A DNA stretch of 64,000 bases, from NCBI GenBank assembly GCA_965261395.1, contig OZ253462.1, positions 5,312,001-5,376,000 of the forward strand, read 5' to 3'. Made by a program: the position numbers and the translations under genes. This DNA is from Candidatus Latescibacterota bacterium (GTDB taxonomy: Bacteria; Latescibacterota; UBA2968; UBA8231). How positions within the stretch are numbered: position 1 is the stretch's first letter; the number at the start of each line of letters is the position of its first letter. Below are positions 56,109-64,000 of the stretch, piece by piece. The notes under the pieces are model-generated. The model had not been told where the DNA came from. It saw only the letters and a program-made list of their open reading frames with translations, and made no database searches.

Positions 56109-58169
56109 CTAATAGGCGATGCCCAGCGGCCGCAGTTGGGGCTGCTGGGGGGTATGGGTACCGAGGGAGATCGCCAGGAGGTAAAGTCCCGGTGCGAGGA
56201 CCCTGCCCTGCTGGTCGCGGCCATCCCAAGTGATCTGTTGGGGACCCGAATCCTGGATCCCCATGGCGACCCGAGCGACTCGACGGCCATCGAGCGCGTA
56301 CAGTTCGAGGGCCACCGGCACTTGCTGGGGCAGGCGAAACAGCGAATAAGCGATGTGCAGTTCGTCGTGAATTTGGTCGCCGTTGGGCGTCAAGATCGGG
56401 GTCGAAAAGGTGAGATCCTGGATGAGATCGAGAGAAGCGTCCGAGGCACTGAGTACCCGCAGGCTGTTGGTCGAAACAGCCTCGCCGGCGTCGCCAGGTA
56501 CGATCTGCTGAGGCAGGCTCTCGCTATCCGTAGAGAGAACCTCGCCCTCGAAAGTCACAGCAAATTCAAAGACTTCAGTGCCAAAGACCACCCGGATGGG
56601 CGGGTTTTGGGTTGGAGTTACCCGATCGGGAAGGCGGACGACTAGGGCGCTTTCTGCCTCCACTACTTCTGCTGGGGCAACCGCTGCAAGGGGTGTGCCC
56701 ATTTCTAGGCGTCGGAAAGCAGCCCGGTTGCTCGTGTGGATGCGCAGGGCGTCGAAGCCGGAGACCTGATCGCTGGTAAAAACGGCTTGTACGTCATAGA
56801 CAAAATCAGTCATCGCGCCCAACTCGACCTCGGTAACGCCGCGCTGAGGCTGGAGGTCATCGGCTCTGGCCACTTCGCCGTGAACGTCGTCGGCCAGCAG
56901 CGGCGCGGTCTCGACCCAAAGCGAGTCGAGGCGGACCCAAGTGTCGAAGTCTTGGCTTTTGAGCGTGATAGTGAACTGAAGGTGCGAGCCGGAGCGCAGC
57001 CGAAGCGGCTGTCCCGACTCGGTAAAGGGCACCGACCAAAAGGTCCAGTTGTCGCTGTCGTAGGCGATTGAGGCGCGGACCCCGGGTTTGGGCTCGCGGG
57101 TGCGGAAGCTACCGGCGTCGGCACTGACCCGGACGAGCCGGGCCCTGAGGTCGTTTTCGTAGCGTTGGCGCGAAACTTCCTTTTCTAGGCCGGTATTGGT
57201 GAACTCGTGATAAATGTCCGGGGTATCGTCGCGGCCGGAGCGCACCTCGACCTTGACCGAGACGGGCGCGTCCGGGTCCTGAACTGCGATGTTGTTGGCC
57301 ATGCGCATAGGAGTAGCGGCCCAGTGCAGGCTACCGAAGTTGATGATTGACCCTAGATCCGCAATTTTGGTGACGTAGATCACCCGCTGCGGCACCCCCA
57401 AGGCGAAAAACTCGAAGTCGCCGATATTGCCCTTGATCGCCCGGGCTTGGTTACCTTGGGCACCGCAATCGCGGCAGCCGCCCAGCGCCTCTTCGTCGAG
57501 GATCGACAATTGCCGTCGCCAGCGGATGAAGCGCACGTACTCACGCGGAAAGTCGAGGTGGATGGTGGGGTCGAGGTTTTCGGCCACATCGGCGATGACC
57601 TTTTCCAGCAGGTCGTTGCTTCCTTTGGGGATCGCCGGGTCTGCGTCGCCGCCGATGGAGACATCGAACGCGGGGGGCGCGTCGATCAGGGTGGGGCTGC
57701 CATCGATGCGGAACCCCACGGGCGAAGTGAAGAAGCCGAACCGGACAGCCGGCACTGGCACGGCCACATCAATGGTGAAGTACTCGGCGGATATCCCTCC
57801 TTGGGCGATGGGGATATTGTAGGAAGTGCTGTCGCCGTCAATCAGCCAGGAGCCGTTTTCGGAGGGGTCGGGAATCCCGTCTTTGAACTTCCATATCCGC
57901 GGCATCTGGCTATCTATATAGCCTAGAATTTTGTCGCTGGGATCGCGCCAGAATTGCCAGTTGTGCAAATGCGAAAACACGGTCCGGTCCGGCGTCAGGT
58001 ACCTTGGCTGGATCGCCCCCGGCGTGCGTTCAAAGTCGATGAGTATTTCGACCGAGTCGGTTTGGCTCCACTCTAGGCCGCTACCCCCCAGTTGCCAGAT
58101 GCCTAGCTGAGCCTCCCCCGCTGTCGCTGACAGCAAACCTAAGGCGACGCATCGCCATAGATTGTGCAT
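56109..58169 (-). CDS. Secreted FlgD/CTD-like domain protein (paralog B)
   Basis: ATG 58169 with GGAGG RBS; signal peptide then WQLGGSGLEW; IDGDST; VRSGRDDTP; C-terminal LTPNGDQIHD..WDGRD..PGLY. Confidence 0.85.
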   Translation of the reverse strand: MHNLWRCVALGLLSATAGEAQLGIWQLGGSGLEWSQTDSVEILIDFERTPGAIQPRYLTPDRTVFSHLHNWQFWRDPSDKILGYIDSQMPRIWKFKDGIPDPSENGSWLIDGDSTSYNIPIAQGGISAEYFTIDVAVPVPAVRFGFFTSPVGFRIDGSPTLIDAPPAFDVSIGGDADPAIPKGSNDLLEKVIADVAENLDPTIHLDFPREYVRFIRWRRQLSILDEEALGGCRDCGAQGNQARAIKGNIGDFEFFALGVPQRVIYVTKIADLGSIINFGSLHWAATPMRMANNIAVQDPDAPVSVKVEVRSGRDDTPDIYHEFTNTGLEKEVSRQRYENDLRARLVRVSADAGSFRTREPKPGVRASIAYDSDNWTFWSVPFTESGQPLRLRSGSHLQFTITLKSQDFDTWVRLDSLWVETAPLLADDVHGEVARADDLQPQRGVTEVELGAMTDFVYDVQAVFTSDQVSGFDALRIHTSNRAAFRRLEMGTPLAAVAPAEVVEAESALVVRLPDRVTPTQNPPIRVVFGTEVFEFAVTFEGEVLSTDSESLPQQIVPGDAGEAVSTNSLRVLSASDASLDLIQDLTFSTPILTPNGDQIHDELHIAYSLFRLPQQVPVALELYALDGRRVARVAMGIQDSGPQQITWDGRDQQGRVLAPGLYLLAISLGTHTPQQPQLRPLGIAY

Positions 58170-58265
58170 AGATCGCCTCCGTGGTAGATATGCCAATGTA
58201 CTCCTCATTTAATATGCAATACGACAACACTTAACAAGCAAAAGCGGCGATCGGCGAGTAAGGCT

Positions 58266-60641
58266 TCAATAAACAACTGAGACCACGCGCCGCACGCGCT
58301 GCTGATGCGCATCTCCATCAAGGTGGAGTTCGAGCACGTAGAGGCCGGGCGGCACCAGTTGCCCTGCTCGGTCGCGGCCATCCCAGGTGAAGTGGTGGGC
58401 ACCCGCAGTGACGGCTTGCGAGCGCTCGACGAGCGCATAGCCGGCCAAGTCGTAGAGCCGCAGGTGCCAAGGGCGCGGTTCGAGGAGGTTGATCACGTCG
58501 GCGTGGACGGCGAGCGCATCGTTTATGCCGTCGCCGTTGGGCGTCAGCACCTCCGTGTCGAAGACGACGTTGAGCAGCAGGTCGCGGGCGACGGGCAGGC
58601 CGACGACGTTGGTGCTGCTGGCGACTTGATCGGTAGCATCCCCGGGATCGACGCGCTGGCGGCTGGAGTCTTCGGTGCGCGCGTCTTGAATAAAAAGGAC
58701 GAAGGGGGTGGATTGCTGAAAAACCTGTGCGGCGAAGCGCAATTCGACTATATCGTCGTCGCGCAGTGGCTGGGGAAAGGTCACCGCAAACCCAGCTTCG
58801 ACCGACTCATCTGTGACCTCTAAGGGAGTGTCGTTGACCAAGGCGCCAATAAAGCGCGTCGGCGTCGGCGTCTCCAAGACGAGGCGGTCGAACCCAGATG
58901 CCTTGGTTTCACGCGGGCGCAAGAAGAAGCGGAACTCAGTTTCCTCGCCCGGCAAAACATGGGTCGGGAAAATTTCGCTGACCGCGCGCCCGGATAGCGG
59001 ATCGCTAAAGACAATGCTAAGCGCGTCGAGTTGGAGTGCCACCGAGGGGTCTGCGGAGACCATCCACATCTGGAGCTGAGCGTAGCGCCGCGGCGAGGGC
59101 GACTGGAACTCCTGGCCGGAGAAGGCGTAGAGCTTACTCCACGCGCTCCAGTCGTCGCCGATGACCCGGGAGGTGTCGATAGGCCCTTTGAAGCTCGGAA
59201 TCAACTTGTCATAGCGCCTCTCGGTGACTTCCTTGCCGTTCTTGTCGTAGTACGTGAGCAAGTTTTCGACTTTGTTGCCGGAGCGGCTGCGCAGCTCCAG
59301 CCGGGTGCCTAGCGGGATGTCGGCCTCCCAGGATAGGGCGTTGAGGCTTTTGGGGCTTTGGAAGTCCATGATGTGCGAGCGAAATTCCAAGTTCTGCGGG
59401 AAGCCCTCGCCAAATACCTGAAGCTCCTCGGCAAAGCCCCGGAAGGCCCAGCGATTGCTCGCGTCCCAGCTCTTCCACAGCACCCGGATAAAGCGGGTGG
59501 GCACCAGCCCAAACTCGTGGGTGGCGGCACCGGTTACTTGTTTGACGTGTCGGGTGGCGGTGCCAGAATAGTACTTCTGCCAGATCAGGGTGCCATCGGG
59601 CGCTACGGAGCCATCGGAACCGAGCACCTCGTAGAAATTGAACCCAAAGGAGCGCCGGGTGACGAAGAAGTCGACGAACCGACCGCTGCCACCAGTGATG
59701 CCACCGCCGGGCCGGGCGACTACGCCACCGACGATTTTGAGCCTATCGACAAAGTAGGTGGCACCCAAGTCGAGGACGATGTGCGAAAAGACATCGCGCT
59801 CGGCTTGGATGGTGCGCCGCACGAACCAGCGGGTGGAAAGATCGCCGTCAATGAGCACTTGGGCGTTACCCAGCGGAATGAGGTCTTGAGTGACAAACGC
59901 ATCGAGGACGACTTCGAGGTTGCCGCCGCGTTCGAGCGTCCCCAAAGCTAGATTGTCGCCTAGCGCTTCGACTTCGACTTCGAGAAGGCGGGTATTCGGT
60001 TCGAGGGCGAGCAGATCTAGGCGCACGTACTGAATCGGCGTGTGGAAGGACTGGTCGAGTTCATAAGTGATCTCGTGGCGGGTGTTTTCCTTAAATCGCT
60101 CGCGCTGGCGGTAGATGACGGCCTCGGCGATGGGGTTGTCCACCTCGTCAACGGCGTGTTCGCCAGTGGAAAGCAGCAGGTCAAAAAGCGACGGCGCAGG
60201 GCCTTGGGGATCGAAGATCAGCTTGACTCGACGGGCGGAGACGCCCCGGCCCAAATCGACCTCAATGGTCCAGCTTGCGGGGGGATCGTCCAGATGGGGG
60301 TACCAGCCGGTGGCGCGATCGCCATCCATGACCAGCGGCGCGTCTCCTAGGTTGGAACCAGCGCGGCGGATACCGCCGCCAAAGGCGGCGGCATTGAGGA
60401 CGGCATTGATGTCGCGGCGAACAGCAACGGGCTTGAGAGCACCCTGTGGGGTCAGCTCGACCGTGCCGGGCAGCGGCCAAGCCTGCCAGTCGCGGCGGGA
60501 GGCAAAGCGAATCTCGTCAGCACTCGCCGGAGGCAGCCAGAAAGTCGCGCCGAGCAAGGCGCAAAAAACCGCACAGTAGCGCGTTACGCACCCCGTGAAG
60601 AAAGGCGGTGATCGCCCAAGGCGTTGGTCGCTGGAGTCCAT
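58266..60641 (-). CDS. Secreted discoidin-like + FlgD/CTD-like domain protein (paralog A2)
   Basis: Signal ending PPASA|D; DWQAW, MDGD, VDLGRGVSA, GDNLALG..RGG, DLGATY, RSRSGN; C-terminal LTPNGDGIND..WDGRD..PGLY. Start uncertain (60641 or 60674). Confidence 0.85.
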   Translation of the reverse strand: MDSSDQRLGRSPPFFTGCVTRYCAVFCALLGATFWLPPASADEIRFASRRDWQAWPLPGTVELTPQGALKPVAVRRDINAVLNAAAFGGGIRRAGSNLGDAPLVMDGDRATGWYPHLDDPPASWTIEVDLGRGVSARRVKLIFDPQGPAPSLFDLLLSTGEHAVDEVDNPIAEAVIYRQRERFKENTRHEITYELDQSFHTPIQYVRLDLLALEPNTRLLEVEVEALGDNLALGTLERGGNLEVVLDAFVTQDLIPLGNAQVLIDGDLSTRWFVRRTIQAERDVFSHIVLDLGATYFVDRLKIVGGVVARPGGGITGGSGRFVDFFVTRRSFGFNFYEVLGSDGSVAPDGTLIWQKYYSGTATRHVKQVTGAATHEFGLVPTRFIRVLWKSWDASNRWAFRGFAEELQVFGEGFPQNLEFRSHIMDFQSPKSLNALSWEADIPLGTRLELRSRSGNKVENLLTYYDKNGKEVTERRYDKLIPSFKGPIDTSRVIGDDWSAWSKLYAFSGQEFQSPSPRRYAQLQMWMVSADPSVALQLDALSIVFSDPLSGRAVSEIFPTHVLPGEETEFRFFLRPRETKASGFDRLVLETPTPTRFIGALVNDTPLEVTDESVEAGFAVTFPQPLRDDDIVELRFAAQVFQQSTPFVLFIQDARTEDSSRQRVDPGDATDQVASSTNVVGLPVARDLLLNVVFDTEVLTPNGDGINDALAVHADVINLLEPRPWHLRLYDLAGYALVERSQAVTAGAHHFTWDGRDRAGQLVPPGLYVLELHLDGDAHQQRVRRVVSVVY

Positions 60642-60677
60642 GGTTCGCCCTGCCCCTGCATAGAGTGGATTCAAAAG

Positions 60678-61442
60678 CTACTTCTGCAAGACTCGGCCGG
60701 TGCCATGGCGGTCCCAAATCCCCACCGCACCGTTGCGCTGCTCATCGGCCCCCAAGAAGATGAGGTGGGTTCCATTGGCGGCATTGACGTGCAAGCCGCC
60801 GTTGCCGCCGGTACCTGCACCAGCGTAGATCAGGTTGTCGCCGGTGTGGCTGTTGAGCAGCAAGCCGCCGTTTTGCGACGAATCGGCACCGGCGAGGAAG
60901 ATGTTGACGCCCGCGGCATTGTTGGCCATCAGCAGGCCGCTGCCTTTGTCTTCGCCCGCGGCAACGAGCAAGGCACCGGCCGCACTTCGCAGCGCCAAGT
61001 GACCGCTGCCGACCTCGCTCTCGCCTAGGTACGCCAACTGCTCGCCCGCCGCACTGTATACCTGCAACGCGCCGCCCTCTTGGTCGTTGCTTACAACTGA
61101 GACCAGCGGCGCACCAGTAGCCGTGTTGACCACGAGCAAGCCGTGACCGGCTGCGTCGGTACTAAAGCTGACCCCGCCCCGTCCCTTGCCAGCCCCCACC
61201 CACAAAACGCCATTTTGGCGTTCGTCAGCCGTAGCGACGAGCACGGGCTGCCCCTCGTCGTTGAGGATTTCAATGGCACGGGCGCGGATCACATCGACCC
61301 CGGACGCCGTGCTCATCAAGGCGGTGCTCAGCGACGCGCTCAGCACAATGGCAATGTCGGTTAGGGCCAGCGCGGCCAACAGCGCCAAGAGGCGGCGGCC
61401 AATGTATTGCTCCAAAGAAGCGTAGGGTTGGAAGGCGCGCAT
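60678..61442 (-). CDS. Membrane-anchored protein with ~22-aa Gly-rich beta-hairpin repeats
   Basis: ATG 61442 with GAGG RBS; TM segment then about 8 units of G.L.V....G..L...G.D. Confidence 0.7.
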   Translation of the reverse strand: MRAFQPYASLEQYIGRRLLALLAALALTDIAIVLSASLSTALMSTASGVDVIRARAIEILNDEGQPVLVATADERQNGVLWVGAGKGRGGVSFSTDAAGHGLLVVNTATGAPLVSVVSNDQEGGALQVYSAAGEQLAYLGESEVGSGHLALRSAAGALLVAAGEDKGSGLLMANNAAGVNIFLAGADSSQNGGLLLNSHTGDNLIYAGAGTGGNGGLHVNAANGTHLIFLGADEQRNGAVGIWDRHGTGRVLQK

Positions 61443-61501
61443 ATGGATCCTCTCGGTAAAAAGCGATTTTTCGTCCATCGCATCGGGCCTATTTTGCTCG
61501 C

Positions 61502-62493
61502 TCAGAAACTGACTCGCCATATGCCCGTGGCTTGTCTGGCCATCCAGGTTTGGTGTGAGCGGATCTTCTCCACAGTCCAAGTATCAAAGTCTTCTGCCAG
61601 CTTGCGCGTTATTGCGAAGTCGCTCTTCTGGTAAACCAAGCGCTTTGCGGCATATCCCGAGTTGCCCAGATCGCGATTGTCTGCGGTCGTCAAGAGGGTC
61701 ATGTTACCTAGACAGTAGGTGGACGCCTCCCGCTGTTGGTCGTCGAACTGGTGCCAGTCGTCGCGCGGATTTTCTGGCAGCACCTGCTCAATGCCATGCT
61801 TTGCGCTCTCGAATTCAAAGTGCTGCCCCGACAACTGAGTTTCGAGCCGGAACAGTATAAAGCGCACGACTTTATTGTTGCGGGAACTGGTTGTTCGCAG
61901 CGCCTTGTCTGCAAACGCCGCCCTGAATTCCGCGTCCTCGGCTCACCGTCATCACCTGATCGGTCCTTGATGCGCTCCCTGAACCAGAGAAACGCCCGGC
62001 GCAGGAGATGTTCCGATGCGTTCAATCCTCTTTGCGGCAAACTCTCCAAGGGAACTAGGTAATTCTGGTAAAAGCGATCGTTATGCCGATTTAGCGTCAG
62101 CTTGGAGCGCGGCACTAGGCTCACTGGGTCCAAATAGCCAATGTAATTGCTACGCAACTGCTCTGCGCGCCGACGTTGTGGGTCAGCCGGGTCAGCCGGC
62201 ACGGCCAAGTCTGTCAGATGCGCTACCGCCGCCAGCATCAACAGGCTCAGCGTGGTCATGTGCTGCTGTCCATCGATGACATCGAACGTCCTGTTGTCCG
62301 CCGATTGCAGTACTAGATAGCCCATGTAATGAGCGGGTTCTGGGTCCTCACCGAACAGCGCGACAAGATCCTGCCATAGGTCATCCCACTCGTCGCCCCC
62401 CCAAGAATAGTCGCGTTGGAACAGCGGTACGCGATAACTCATCCCATTGCCCATAAGTTGGCGAAACGTGCTGTTGGTGGTATTGAAGTTCAT
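61502..62493 (-). pseudogene. Decayed GmrSD-like (DUF262/DUF1524) gene with a large internal deletion
   Basis: VPLFQRDYSW and DGQQH (normally DGQQR) in the N part; jumps near 61940 into another frame carrying IEQVLP (normally IEH) and LGNMTLL..N. Confidence 0.85.
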
Positions 62494-62534
62494 CTGCGAA
62501 ACACCTTCACAATCTCGTCCCCGAGGTGGTTGAT
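62490..62534 (-). pseudogene. Probable C-terminal remnant of a type III-like DNA methyltransferase
   Basis: INHLGDEIVKVFRR* overlaps the DUF262 start (ATGA); resembles the recalled KVINHLGDEVMKVF terminus of this MTase family. Confidence 0.5.
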
Positions 62535-62703
62535 GAAGACCCTACCGATGGCATTTTTATCCTTGACAACACTCGATACTGCCCACCCCGGCCGCTGCTA
62601 TTTCTTCAGGACGTTGAGGCCGCCATCTCCCTAGGCGCTGGGGAACCGACCCACAGACGCCGTTTTGGTGCTCTAATCTCAAACTTACGCAAGGAGGAGG
62701 CCA

Positions 62704-62905
62704 ATGGCCAAGATCAAGGAATACGGACCAGCGAATAGTCTAGGCGGAACAGAACCAAATCCATGGCCACCTTCCAGATGCTTTTGTGCAACGAGGAGTT
62801 TATGGCCGAGGTGGGGAACTGGCCCTGCGCTTGACGGGCGTATTGGAGCGGGAAGCAGGCGAATGGAAGTTCGCGCAGATCCACGCTTCCATAGGGGTGG
62901 CCTAG
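62704..62905 (+). pseudogene. Remnant of an NTF2/SnoaL-like gene
   Basis: Strong RBS AAGGAGGAGG plus ATG 62704; in a different frame, LRLTGVLEREAGEWKFAQIHASIGVA* (stop 62903-62905), a typical SnoaL C-terminus. Confidence 0.55.
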
Positions 62906-63010
62906 CGCGAGGAACTTGCGCCGCCGATGGGAAAACGCTCCATTACCTGTTAGGCTCCCTTTGCGCGTCCTATATTTGGATCATTGGCTTGGCTCAACCG
63001 GATAAATCCC

Positions 63011-64000
63011 ATGCGCAACGCCATCCTCGTGAGTGCCCTAGTGCTCGCCACGCCCCTCGCGGGCGACCAACTCCGCATCGCCACCTCGAACGACTGGCAC
63101 CAATGGCAACTGCCCGGCGACGCCGTCGAGGTCGCACGCGGTACGCTCAAACCCTCCTTTGTCCGCCGCAATATCAACGCCGTCGCCAACGCCTTTGACT
63201 TTGCCGGCGGCATCCGCAAAGTAGGCTCCAACCCCGGCGACGCCCTCAAGCTCATCGATGGCGACCTAGCCACCTATTGGGCTCCCGATCCGACCGCCAG
63301 CGTAGAGGACTGGTGGATCGAAGTCGATCTGGGGCGCGTTGTATCGGCGCGCAAAATTGAGCTCCACTTCGCCGCCGACAGCACCCCGCTGGAGTTTTTC
63401 AAAATCCTCACCTCCGACGGCGAGCCTTTCTTCAGCAATGCCAATTCCATTCTTCCCGGCACGCTGCGCTACAACAAGCGCTGGCGCTATAGCTTTAACG
63501 AATCACACCTCATCGAGATTGACTACCAGCTCAAGCCGCTCAAGAATATCCGCATCGCGGCCGACCTGCCCACGGAGCATATCCGCCTGACCGAGGTAGT
63601 GGTCGAGAGCGTCGGCGACAACCTTTCGCTGGGGATCTGGGGCCGGGGAGGCAGCGTCGAAATTGTCTCTGAGGCCACCTCTAAGATCGGCCGTACCCTC
63701 ATCGAGTCGAAGGGGATCAGCAATACCCTCGTCGATGGCGATATTACCACCTATTGGGGTACGGTGCATCGCGGCGGCTCCGGCACGCAGCCCGAACAAC
63801 AGATCGGACAGTTCGAGATTGACCTAGGTGCGCTGTATTGGGTGGACAGGGTGCGAATGCTCGGTGATGCCAGTGGCATCGCGCCTAAGGCGGCGTGCGG
63901 CGATTGTGGCCGGCAACGTCAATTCAACTACCTCTGGTACCAATTCTTCGCCTCGGACGGATCGAAGGCACCGGATGGCTCGCTGAGCTGGGAGCTGCTG
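63011..64000 (+). CDS. Secreted discoidin-like protein (paralog A3), partial, runs off right edge
   Basis: Manual translation MRNAILVSALVLATPLAG|DQLRIATSNDWHQW..RRNINAV..GGIRKVGSN..IDGD..VDLGRVVSA..GDNLSLG..DLGALYW; aligns motif-for-motif with 58266..60641; not in the ORF track. Confidence 0.88.
   Translation, partial: MRNAILVSALVLATPLAGDQLRIATSNDWHQWQLPGDAVEVARGTLKPSFVRRNINAVANAFDFAGGIRKVGSNPGDALKLIDGDLATYWAPDPTASVEDWWIEVDLGRVVSARKIELHFAADSTPLEFFKILTSDGEPFFSNANSILPGTLRYNKRWRYSFNESHLIEIDYQLKPLKNIRIAADLPTEHIRLTEVVVESVGDNLSLGIWGRGGSVEIVSEATSKIGRTLIESKGISNTLVDGDITTYWGTVHRGGSGTQPEQQIGQFEIDLGALYWVDRVRMLGDASGIAPKAACGDCGRQRQFNYLWYQFFASDGSKAPDGSLSWELL

Noticed and set aside
56099-56290. ORF-track start of the 845-aa protein
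   Set aside because: Overlaps the upstream paralog by about 180 nt; the RBS and signal peptide fit GTG 56098
62704-63198. 164-aa ORF as a real gene
   Set aside because: It runs out of frame into the 63011 gene; better explained as a decayed SnoaL-like remnant
53753-64000. Diversity-generating retroelement or shufflon acting on the paralog array
   Set aside because: No reverse transcriptase or invertase, and no near-identical nucleotide repeats seen between the paralogs

Overview
GC-rich bacterial chromosomal window. Gene content suggests a Candidatus Latescibacterota-like (FCB-group) organism, possibly a marine sponge symbiont (inference): FG-GAP/ASPIC-UnbV and TPR proteins, a Calx-beta autotransporter, several large secreted proteins with PNxDxxxD/FlgD-type C-terminal domains, and an SWGxVK-tailed sugar-binding protein. 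Layout: (1-15.3 kb) envelope/secreted proteins, including a >977-aa protein running off the left edge that the ORF track misses; (15.3-24.5 kb) Ldh_2 dehydrogenase plus split transketolase, zinc-ribbon protein, RNase P RNA, a protein with 8 tandem 27-bp repeats, pyrF, tRNA-Pro(TGG), class III aminotransferase, cytochrome c and PQQ sugar dehydrogenase; (24.5-31.5 kb) a sigma54 two-component system upstream of an autotransporter with a -24/-12 promoter; (31.7-38.5 kb) CocE/NonD hydrolase, a Gfo/Idh/MocA gene and an integrase-less GmrSD-like cassette bounded by ~68-bp direct repeats and split by an ISKra4-like IS with an 8-bp TSD; (38.5-43.9 kb) a co-oriented string of small genes, TA modules and gene fragments; (43.9-53.7 kb) sugar-acid/sialidase catabolism with two atypical enolase-superfamily enzymes; (53.7-64 kb) four related discoidin-like/FlgD-tail secreted proteins around a decayed second GmrSD gene. 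CTAG appears over-represented in resident DNA and absent from the IS. All family assignments come from motif recognition, not database searches.
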